Below are positions 28,395-37,500 of a stretch of 64,000 nt of DNA, one piece after another (the first letter of the stretch is position 1; each line of letters starts with the position of its first letter). Source of the stretch: Bacilli bacterium (GTDB lineage Bacteria; Bacillota_I; Bacilli_A; ML615J-28; CAG-698); assembly GCA_050953085.1 (NCBI GenBank), contig JBMNLX010000009.1, forward strand, positions 203,411-267,410, given 5' to 3'. Made by a program: the position numbers and the translations under genes. The notes beneath the pieces are model-generated. The model worked only from the letters and a program-made list of their open reading frames with translations. It ran no database searches and was not told where the DNA came from.

Positions 28395-29356
28395 GTCTAA
28401 CCGTACGCGTCGTCCCCGTTCTGGACAGCCGCGCCGTAGACGTCCGGAAGTTTTCCGATGTAAAAGTGTATCGGGGAGAGATCGAAAACGAGATATTCCC
28501 GCCGTCCCCGCCCCCCTGCTTTCCCGGCGCCTGGTACCGCAAGGCCTTTTCTTCGCGCGATTACTGGCTCGGGATCGAGGGGCTGATTGAGCTTGGCGAG
28601 TTTTTCCCCGACGAGAGCCGTTTTAATCTTGACGGCAAGGGTCGCTACATGGACAACCCCAGCGTTTATATGGGAGGCAACAGTTCCAGGGAAAGCGACG
28701 CGGGGCTCTCGCTTAATATTATGTATCCGACCGCCGACACTTCTTATGACCTTACCCCAGCTTCCCCGAAACTGGGTTACCGGCCTTTTTGGCGCTATAT
28801 ATATTACGAGGCCGAAGACATCGAAGGCAACGTCACGCGCCGGGAAGTGAATTCCTGGAACGTAACGCATCCAAAAAACTTGTCGTACTATTATTTTCCC
28901 GGCGATGTTTTGCGGATGAGCGTTTATTCGCCGCTTCCCGATTACCTGCAGTTGCGCATCGAAGTCGTAAAGCCGACGGAAATACCGAAGTACGCGAAAC
29001 TAAGGCGAGGTTACGGGCTTCCCGGTAACCGGCCCGCCGATTTCTTCAGCCCCTGTTTTTATTCCAAAGGTCACGGTTATGACAAAGCGGAGTTTAAACG
29101 GGTCAACGCCATCGACCAATACGGAAACGAAGGCTATAAAGCCCAAGAGACCAAGGCTCGGGTCACGCCCGCCGTTTGGCGCGAAGTCTACTTGTATCGA
29201 GAAATTGGGGGAGAAGTCATGAAGGTCCCCTTTCACGCCCGCCGTTACGGCTCGATGGTTTGCCCGGACGATAGGGCGATAACGGTATCCCCCCGCAACC
29301 CCGATTTGGGGGGAGAGATAATCGAGATTCACCCGGAAAAAGCAAGAAAGGAGTAA
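28391..29356 (+). CDS. uncharacterised 'X-domain' protein, paralog 1 (no signal peptide)
   Basis: Shares with ORFs 53876 and 61476 the motifs CFPGAWYRK, RDYWLG, VYMGGN, RPFWRYIYY, YYYFPGD, EFKRVNAIDQYGNEG, EVYLYRE, KVPF...CPD. Confidence 0.6.
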   Translation: MSLTVRVVPVLDSRAVDVRKFSDVKVYRGEIENEIFPPSPPPCFPGAWYRKAFSSRDYWLGIEGLIELGEFFPDESRFNLDGKGRYMDNPSVYMGGNSSRESDAGLSLNIMYPTADTSYDLTPASPKLGYRPFWRYIYYEAEDIEGNVTRREVNSWNVTHPKNLSYYYFPGDVLRMSVYSPLPDYLQLRIEVVKPTEIPKYAKLRRGYGLPGNRPADFFSPCFYSKGHGYDKAEFKRVNAIDQYGNEGYKAQETKARVTPAVWREVYLYREIGGEVMKVPFHARRYGSMVCPDDRAITVSPRNPDLGGEIIEIHPEKARKE

Positions 29357-29358
29357 TT

Positions 29359-31056
29359 ATGAAAGACACTTATTTGTTTCGAAATTATTACTCGGTCGAC
29401 AGTTATGTCGCGTATACCGGCAAGATCCCGCTTCGTCTCGACGGGAGAACGATTACTTTTAAAATGTATTCCGATTTCGCAAATCTCCTCAACGGGGAGT
29501 TTTTCACGGTTTCCTCGGACCCCGACGCCGTCCCGACTTTTATCCATTACGATGAAAACATCAAATATGACGGCTACCGGCTTGACATCAGGAAAAACGA
29601 GATTTCGATCGACGCCCGCAACACCCGCGGCGTCCGTTACGCGATCGACACGTTAAACAAACTCGTTGTCCGCAAAAACGGGAAACTTTTGCTTCCGATC
29701 GCTTTGCTTTTGGATTATCCCTCTTTTGAATTCCGCGGGATTATCGAAGGTTATTACGGCGAGCCCTGGAGTTTCCAGGAAAGGATGACGCTGGCCGATT
29801 TTATGGACAGCCTGCGCCTCAACACTTATATGTACGCCCCGAAATCCGATCCCTATCACCGGGTAAAATGGCACCAATTATATCCCGACGATTTGTTTAA
29901 GCAAATCATCGCCCTTATCAATAAACTTAAAGAAAAAGAAATAAACTTTTTCTATTGCATTTCCCCGGGATACGCCGAAAACCCCGACGAACGATTCCGC
30001 TTCCTGGGCGACGAGGATTATCAAAGGTTGTTTGTAAAGCTTGACCAACTGATTTCGGTCGGGGTTAATAAATTCGGCCTGCTAATGGACGATATCGATT
30101 ACCAGCTCAGCCCTAAAGACAAGCTCGTTTTCGACCGGCCGGGCATCGCTCACGCTCATCTGGCCAACAGGATAAACAAGTATTTGTCCGAGCGTCTCGT
30201 TAACCACACGCTCGTCTTATGCCCCACCGAATACTCGCAGATTGGCAGCACTCAGTATCGCAACGACCTGAAGGAACTCCTTGACAAAAACATCTACATT
30301 TTCTGGACCGGCGATAATGTTTGCGCCGAGGCGATTACGGAGCGGGATATAAAACAGACGCGCGCCGCTTACGACCGCGAACTTTTCATTTGGGATAATT
30401 TCCCCGTGTCCGACTTCACCCACGGCGTTCGCGAGTATATCGCGCCGATTAGAAACCGCGCTGCTAATTTGGGCGATTACGCGATCGGTTATTTGATTAA
30501 CCCAAGCAATAATTACTATATCTCGCAGGTCGCGATTACGACCATGGCTCATTACGCCTGGAACAACGCCAAATACGACCAGGAAAAATCATTCGAGATA
30601 GCTTTGGAAAAGGTCGGCGCCGATTTCCGTCGCGTCGGGCGCGATTTCATCGCGCATAATTTCCCGAGCGTGCTCTCCTACGGAAATATTGAAGAAGAAA
30701 AGACGATGGTAGAAAAGTATGACAAAGCCGCGATCAACGCCTACTATCGCAAAGTCGCCGCCAGCGCCGCCGAGTTATCGCGTCTCGATTTGCCGATAAT
30801 TAATGAGTTAAAGCCTTGGCTTGAGAGAACGATCCGCGAGGCGGAAATCGTGAAGAAAATCCTCTCGGACGAGATTAAGCCAGAGGAGTTGCGCGAATTT
30901 CTCGCCGATAATAAATTTACCGGCAGCGAGCTTTTTGATTTTCTCGTAAAAAAACGCGGCCTTCTAAACGACGAGGAATACCGGGAACTTATCGACAAGC
31001 GAAGAGGAGGCCGTTGGTACCGCGTGTTTGAGGAGAAAAGATGGCCCGTAAAATAA
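29359..31056 (+). CDS. GH84 beta-N-acetylglucosaminidase (O-GlcNAcase/NagJ-like), cytoplasmic
   Basis: GIIEGYYGEPWSFQERMTLADFMDSLRLNTYMYAPKSDPYHR, catalytic DD in GLLMDDID, WDNFP motif; no signal peptide. Confidence 0.85.
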   Translation: MKDTYLFRNYYSVDSYVAYTGKIPLRLDGRTITFKMYSDFANLLNGEFFTVSSDPDAVPTFIHYDENIKYDGYRLDIRKNEISIDARNTRGVRYAIDTLNKLVVRKNGKLLLPIALLLDYPSFEFRGIIEGYYGEPWSFQERMTLADFMDSLRLNTYMYAPKSDPYHRVKWHQLYPDDLFKQIIALINKLKEKEINFFYCISPGYAENPDERFRFLGDEDYQRLFVKLDQLISVGVNKFGLLMDDIDYQLSPKDKLVFDRPGIAHAHLANRINKYLSERLVNHTLVLCPTEYSQIGSTQYRNDLKELLDKNIYIFWTGDNVCAEAITERDIKQTRAAYDRELFIWDNFPVSDFTHGVREYIAPIRNRAANLGDYAIGYLINPSNNYYISQVAITTMAHYAWNNAKYDQEKSFEIALEKVGADFRRVGRDFIAHNFPSVLSYGNIEEEKTMVEKYDKAAINAYYRKVAASAAELSRLDLPIINELKPWLERTIREAEIVKKILSDEIKPEELREFLADNKFTGSELFDFLVKKRGLLNDEEYRELIDKRRGGRWYRVFEEKRWPVK

Positions 31057-32543
31057 TATATCTTCCCCTAGACGAGCGCCCCTGCAATTATCTCTTTCCC
31101 CGGGAGATATTTGCGGGGACGGATATCGCCGTCGCCGCGCCGCCGGCTGCGGCGATGGGGAAAAAAAAGACTCCCGGCGATTTTCAATTAATCCGGGAGT
31201 TTCTCCTTAATGAATGTAAGGACGCCTACGGCGCGGTAATCAGCGTCGACACTCTTCTTTACGGCGGCATCGTTCCATCTCGCCTTCATCATCTCGCGTT
31301 GGAAGAGTTAATCTCGCGTCTTTCTCTGCTTTCAGAGCTAAAGAAACGCAACCCGGAGCTTGCGCTTTACGCGTTCCAGTTAATTATGCGGACGCCTCAA
31401 GAAAGCATCAGCGAGGAAGAACCGGAATACTACGGGGAATGCGGCCGGGAGATATTTTTGCGCGGTTATTACCGAAACAAAGAGCGGCTCGGAATTATCA
31501 CTGACGAAGAACGGCAAGCGGCCGCGGCGGTAAAAATCAAGCCGGAGTATATTGACGATTATCTGAACCGGCGTCGGGTTAATCTTGCCATGAATCGCGC
31601 GACCCTCGAACTGCTCGCCGCGGGAGTAATCGATTTTCTCGTTATTCCCCAGGACGACGCTTCCGAATACGGGTTCCCGTCGATGGACCAGGCGGAGTTG
31701 CGCGCCGTGATCGCGGAGAAGCGTCTTGGGCCAAGCGTCTATCTTTATCCGGGCGCCGACGAGGTCGGGTGCGTTTTGCTTGCGCGGATGCTTAACAAAG
31801 TAAAAGGCGGCACACCGCGGGTATTTCTTAAATATCCTTCGCCTTCCGCGCCGATGGTAATCCCCTGTCTTGAGGACCGGCCGCTTGACGTTACCGCGAA
31901 ATACCATATCGCCTCCGCCGGCGGGGTTTCCGCGAGTTCCCTGGCCGACGCTGATATCGCGCTCCTGCTTTTAATCGGCGCCGATAAAATGATTCCCAGG
32001 CCCGGCGCCGCGCCGGGACGGGGAGTCGACGTCCTAAGCAATCTGCCGGAATGTTTCGAATTCGCGCGCCGCGCGCTTGCTGACGGCCGCTCCGTCGCCG
32101 TGGCCGATTTGATCCATTTAAACGGCGGGTCACCGGAGGTTTTATCCTATATCAAGCGCGCGGGGCTGACAATGAAGCTCGCCGCTTACGCCGGGTGGAA
32201 CACCGCGAGCAATTCGCTCGGGACGGCGATCGCCCAGGCGATCGTTTATCATTATTACGGCGACCGCCCGGAGCACCGGTTTTTCCTGGTTAAAAGATAT
32301 ATCGAGGATATCGGTTATTGCGGGGTCGTCCGGGAAAAGGTAGCGTCCGAGATTATCTCCCGCGGCCTTTCCTATTTTAACGTCGGGGAAGAAGACGGAT
32401 GGGCGGCGCGCCGGGTTGAGGAAGAATTGAATAAATTTTTTGCCGATCAATTGCCGGAGGTCTTTCGGGAATACCGTCTCGAAGACGCAAGGCTTCCCTG
32501 GAAAAGGATGTTTGAAGTTGATTTTAAGGTGAAGGAAAGATGA
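31041..32543 (+). CDS. DUF4127-family protein (copy 1)
   Basis: ~500 aa; N-term IYLPLDERPCN, conserved AYAGWNTASNSLGTA; paralogous to ORF 58705. Confidence 0.7.
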   Translation: MARKIIYLPLDERPCNYLFPREIFAGTDIAVAAPPAAAMGKKKTPGDFQLIREFLLNECKDAYGAVISVDTLLYGGIVPSRLHHLALEELISRLSLLSELKKRNPELALYAFQLIMRTPQESISEEEPEYYGECGREIFLRGYYRNKERLGIITDEERQAAAAVKIKPEYIDDYLNRRRVNLAMNRATLELLAAGVIDFLVIPQDDASEYGFPSMDQAELRAVIAEKRLGPSVYLYPGADEVGCVLLARMLNKVKGGTPRVFLKYPSPSAPMVIPCLEDRPLDVTAKYHIASAGGVSASSLADADIALLLLIGADKMIPRPGAAPGRGVDVLSNLPECFEFARRALADGRSVAVADLIHLNGGSPEVLSYIKRAGLTMKLAAYAGWNTASNSLGTAIAQAIVYHYYGDRPEHRFFLVKRYIEDIGYCGVVREKVASEIISRGLSYFNVGEEDGWAARRVEEELNKFFADQLPEVFREYRLEDARLPWKRMFEVDFKVKER

Positions 32544-34450
32544 GATTTTGCCGAAGGATTTCAGTTTTACTTATAGTTTTTATTATCGCCTGCGGCGGCG
32601 CCGTCGTCGTCGGGGCGTCCTCGCTTGCGTTTGAAAAAACGGAAGTTTTGGAAAGCGGCGAGCTATACGCTGGCGTCGATTATGAGAAGTTTTCGGCCGC
32701 GACCCGGACCGACGCGGGCGAGGTCGGCAACCAGCAGATCAGCGTCGTCAAAGCGCGAAAGTTAAGCCCCGTCAAAGTCTTCGCCTGGGCGAAAACCGGC
32801 CCGTCGTCGCTATCGGGCGGCGACATGTTGGCGATCGCTTCCGATTTTGAGAAGGAAAACCCGGGATGGACGGTTATCGCCGGGATTAACGGCGATTACT
32901 ATGATCCCGCGACCGCGACCCCCGTGAACGCGTTCGTTCGCGCGGGCGACGCGATCAAACCCGTTAATCATCAAAAATACATGTCGCTCGCGATCGGCGA
33001 CTCCAAAGAATTCGCGGTCTCGCGCGTCAACCGGAGCGAAAGCAAATACGGGCTTTCGTTTTATCAGGCCGGGACGAACGCCGTGATGAAAGAGATATTA
33101 CTCGACGGGCCTAATTTACCGCCGAGCGCCGGTAAGACATCATTTTACCACGGCAACTCGCGGGAAGTTACCGTCGCCGGGGCGAGATTGTTTTTAGCCG
33201 AGGCCGATACGCGACTGAACTACGGCGGCGTGTTTTTCCGCGGCCGGATCACGGGCGAGGTCGAAGCCGCCGCGGTCGGTAGCGATAAATTAACGATCGC
33301 GACCCGGAATCCCGAGATTGCCGCTCTTTTGGAAGAGGGTCCGGAAATCCGCGTCCAGAAAAGCCTCGCCGGCGCGAATAACGGCTATGACAATATTATC
33401 GGCGTCGGCAGCCAGCCGTTAAAAGAAGGCGAAATTCTTTCCTTTTCGGAAATCGGCGACCAGAGCGAGGCGTTCGCCTCGGCGCGGCATCCCCGCTCGG
33501 CCATCGGTTTCACCGCTGCGGGAGATGTTATTCTCGCCGCGTTTGACGGCCGGCAGGGTTCGCTTTCCGGCGTCAATCTTCGGGAAATGGCCAAGGCGCT
33601 GCGGGAACAAGGCTGCGTCGACGCCTTTAACCTCGACGGCGGCGGTTCGACGCAATTAATTATCCGCAAAAACGGCAAACTGCGATATTTAAACAGCCCG
33701 TCGGAAAAATACCGGCGCGTCGCGAACGCGGTGTTGATCGCTGCGCCGGACGTGTATATCGAAGCGGCGTACCGGGAGATAACCGCCTCCTCCCTTACGC
33801 TTGATTACCGAGTCACCCCCGCCGCCGGTGTGGAAATTAAAGCGAGGCGGCTTTTGGTTAACGGCGTTCCGGAAAGTCTCTCCGCGCCTTCCGTCTCGCT
33901 GGATTTTTCCGAACCCCGCGGGATCCATTATTTTTCTTTCGAGATTGAGTATCTAAAGGATGGTAAAAAATATACCCGGGTGATGTATAATCACCGCGTA
34001 AATATCGCCAATTTTGACGCGCCGGCGCCCGGGAAAACCAAACCGCATTCCTTTACGATCGAGTTCGCGCCGCGCCCGGAGCATAACGGGTTTGACGCGG
34101 TGATTAATTTTTCCGACCCGGACGACACGATCGTTAAACTTTACTTGGTTAATGACGGCGAAAAACAAGTGGCGCTAAAAGACTCCCGCGGCTATGTGTG
34201 CAAATATTACAATTTGTCGGGCGGGCGCATTTTTGCTTTTACCGTCGAATATCATTACGTTCTCTCGTCGCCCGCGCCGGTAAGAGAGGAATACCCCGAG
34301 GTTTTCGTTTACGAATACGTCGCGTCTCCGGCCGACGGGGAGGGCGATGAAAAAAGCGGGTGTTCCCTCGCCGGCATCCCCGCCGCTTTCGGATTGATCG
34401 TATATTATTTTGTTAGAAAACGGCGTAATTACGTCAAAATACCGGAATAG
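32540..34450 (+). CDS. phosphodiester glycosidase (NAGPA/'uncovering enzyme' domain) family protein, secreted with C-terminal TM anchor
   Basis: N-terminal signal; IAGINGDYYD and NLDGGGSTQL NAGPA-type motifs; C-term GIPAAFGLIVYYFVRKRRN. Confidence 0.8.
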   Translation: MRFCRRISVLLIVFIIACGGAVVVGASSLAFEKTEVLESGELYAGVDYEKFSAATRTDAGEVGNQQISVVKARKLSPVKVFAWAKTGPSSLSGGDMLAIASDFEKENPGWTVIAGINGDYYDPATATPVNAFVRAGDAIKPVNHQKYMSLAIGDSKEFAVSRVNRSESKYGLSFYQAGTNAVMKEILLDGPNLPPSAGKTSFYHGNSREVTVAGARLFLAEADTRLNYGGVFFRGRITGEVEAAAVGSDKLTIATRNPEIAALLEEGPEIRVQKSLAGANNGYDNIIGVGSQPLKEGEILSFSEIGDQSEAFASARHPRSAIGFTAAGDVILAAFDGRQGSLSGVNLREMAKALREQGCVDAFNLDGGGSTQLIIRKNGKLRYLNSPSEKYRRVANAVLIAAPDVYIEAAYREITASSLTLDYRVTPAAGVEIKARRLLVNGVPESLSAPSVSLDFSEPRGIHYFSFEIEYLKDGKKYTRVMYNHRVNIANFDAPAPGKTKPHSFTIEFAPRPEHNGFDAVINFSDPDDTIVKLYLVNDGEKQVALKDSRGYVCKYYNLSGGRIFAFTVEYHYVLSSPAPVREEYPEVFVYEYVASPADGEGDEKSGCSLAGIPAAFGLIVYYFVRKRRNYVKIPE

Positions 34451-34487
34451 AGTTGGCGCGAAATGTTTCGCGGCAACTTTTTTATTT
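34451..34487 (+). terminator. strong rho-independent terminator ending locus A
   Basis: 13-bp stem AGTTGGCGCGAAA/TTTCGCGGCAACT (1 mismatch) followed by TTTTTTATTT. Confidence 0.8.
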
Positions 34488-34517
34488 AAAAAAATGTAAG
34501 CCTTTCCAAAAAAATAC

Positions 34518-34546
34518 TTGACTAGACAAGTTAAGTGTTATATAAT
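34518..34546 (+). promoter_or_regulatory. near-consensus sigmaA promoter (TTGACT-17-TATAAT) for the giant lipoprotein gene
   Basis: TTGACT 34518-34523, TATAAT 34541-34546, RBS ATAGGAGGA, ATG 34576. Confidence 0.65.
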
Positions 34547-34575
34547 TAAGCTAGCATTAGAGATAGGAGGAACTA

Positions 34576-37500
34576 ATGGCTGCATTTAAAAAAATATTCG
34601 TGTTTGTCTGCTTGACGGTGGTTGCGATCGTCTTGAGCGGTTGCGGCAAGGACAAAGTGCCGCCCGAACTGGTGATCGAGACGCCGGAAATATCGCACGC
34701 GGCAGGCGCGGATATCGTTTTGGCGGAATATATTAAAGATTTCATTTCCGTAAGCGATAACGTGACTGCCGAAGATGAAATCAAAATCGAAATCGTCGAT
34801 TTTGGTGGGTATGACAAAGGAAAGAAAGGTGTTTACGAGATTACCATCAGGGCGACCGATAAGGAAGGCAATTATACCGATAAGAAGATGACGGTAGTCG
34901 TCACCGACGCCGACACCGTCCCGCCGGCGTTGACGAAGACGCCGACGACGATTTATCATATTGCCGGAGAAGAGGTTGACCTGACCGAGGGTCTGGAAGG
35001 CGTCGATAATGTCGACGGCGTGAACGTTAACTTTAAGGTTGTGGATCTTGGCGATTATGACAGAAACGTTCCCGGAACGTATACCGTGATGATTGTCGTT
35101 TACGACAATGCCGGCAACGAAAGCGCTCCTTTTGAGCGCGAGGTCGTCGTATCCGATAGCTACAGCCGCGCCGAGATGGTATCGTTTGAAGGCGAAGTTA
35201 TTCGTTACGAAGCGCTTTACAACCCGCAGATTCTGGCCGGGCATACCGCTACCGGTTACAACACGGCCTATGACGGTCATTATGTCAATGTTTTATCTAA
35301 AGACTATGTCGACTGGCTTGTGAATTACGCGCCGGAAAGAATCGGCTCGGGCGTCGGCTGGAGCGTAATCGCCGTTACCGACGCCGACAACAAAATCGTT
35401 TATGTCCGCCACTGGAACAGCGGCGAGGCTTACCTCGACAATGAAGGAAATTTGGTTTCGGTTCCGGCGGTCGACTGGTCGACGGGAACCAACCGTAACT
35501 GGACCGAGGAAGTGAACGGGAAAATGATCTCCCGCACCAACGCGCGCTACAGTTCCGGCGAGATGGGCATGATGATGGCCAATATCAGCCGTTGGATTCC
35601 CGATGGCGGTCATGTTTTCATGTTCATTAATTGGATGACGATCGGCCTTGACGAGAACGAGGAAGTCGTGACGAAGGCCAATACTTCCGATATGCCCCGG
35701 GCGATGGGCGCTAATTACATTATGTATAGCGACGAGGACGGGGACGACGTGATGGATTACGCTTTGGGTCGCGAGCTTAAAATCATTGACCCGCAATTAA
35801 GCAAACAATCGATACGCAAGTCTTTTGACGCGGATAAACCTTTCCCGGTTATCACCGTGTCCGGCAAACGGACCGTAACCGACACCGGCGTTTGGAAAAC
35901 GAATTATATCGAAACCGTTTATTTGAACGAACACGACAGCGAAAACCCGTATGACCCGCTTGCCGGCGTTACGGCAAACGACGGGAAAGGCGGCGATATT
36001 ACCGACGAGATTACTTATAGGGTATATCGTTACGCAACGACCGAACAAGTTTACGGGTACATGACCTCGCTATCGATAAACGACCCCCGCTGGGCCGAAT
36101 ATTACGATGAGGTCTGGACGCTGGAAGAAAACGAAGTTCAGTTGGATAACATCCTCGTCCCGGGTAACGACGGTCATTATTTCGTGATCGAATACACGGT
36201 AACCGCGAACGGGCATACCGACACGCTTTACCGGCTGATTCAAATCAAAGCCGACACGCCCGATTATATCGAGCTTTACGGCGAGTCGGATTCCGTTTAC
36301 GCAAACGTCATGTCGATCCAGCAACGCCTGGAAATGAATCCCGATTTGGACGAGTTTGGGGCGATGGACAATACGGACAAAGGCATACTTTACAACTATG
36401 AAGGCTTTAAATCATTATCCGCATATCCGAATCTTCCCAAAGGCGTCGTCGTCGTTTTGGATGAATACTACCGGGTATTAACGATAAGAGTCCTGGCCAA
36501 TACGGCTTTTGAGATTACGCCCGACGGAAAAGCCGAAATCAACGATCTGGATTGGGTTGACGACGGCCTTCTCGCGGGAATTGACGATATGCTCCCCGAA
36601 GGCGGTTATGTCGTTATATATCCCGAAGGAAAAGACGGAACCGTACTTGCGAAAGCGCTGCGAGCTTTTGTTGATTTTGATTATCAGGAAGGCGATATCA
36701 CCGCCGATATTAAAAACGGCGCCGTCTCCGTGTCTCTTGTGATCAAGGAAGTTCAGGAAGTTTCGACCCTGCTCGTTAACGGCGAGGCGCCGCTCATCGA
36801 AATCAGCGGAAACGAAGTTACGATTAAGGTCGTTGAAAACAGCAAGGAAGCTTTGATATTCTACCCGGCGGGAGGCGGGGCCGGATTCCGGCTGGATACC
36901 GGCAAGGCCTACTATTTCACGAAAGAAATGTATGCCGTTCTCTCGCAAAGCCAGGAAGTTGTCTCCTCGTTTACCACATCAAGTCCGAACAAGGGCGTTC
37001 CCTGGTTCCGCGACGGATCGATCGTCGTGCTTGACGCCGACGGCAAATTCGTGCTCGCTCGCGTGATGACGACCGCGGCCGCGGCGGAAATAAAAGCTGA
37101 CGGCACGGTTATTTACGGGAACGCTGCTGTTGTCGCGACGACCGAGGCGGATAAAGCGGCCGCGGGAGAGGCGAACTTGTCGTTTGACTTGGTTATCCCG
37201 AACGCCGCCAATACCGTCCCGCACGGACCGTTGGCCGACATTCTTGACATCGTGCCCGACGGCGGCTCGTTTATCATCTTCCCCGGCACTGCCAATACAG
37301 CCGTCCGCAATTACAGCGTCCGGTTGCTCTGGAACGCCGATTACCCGGGCAGCGGCATAATCGTTGACGCCACGGCGGAAGAACCGCCGGCCGGCTCGCC
37401 CGACCCCGCGACCAACGGCTTTGATTTCGATAACTATACCGCCGATTATTTCGAGAATCTCTTAATCGAGGTTGAATTCGTGGCGACCGTAGCCGACAAA

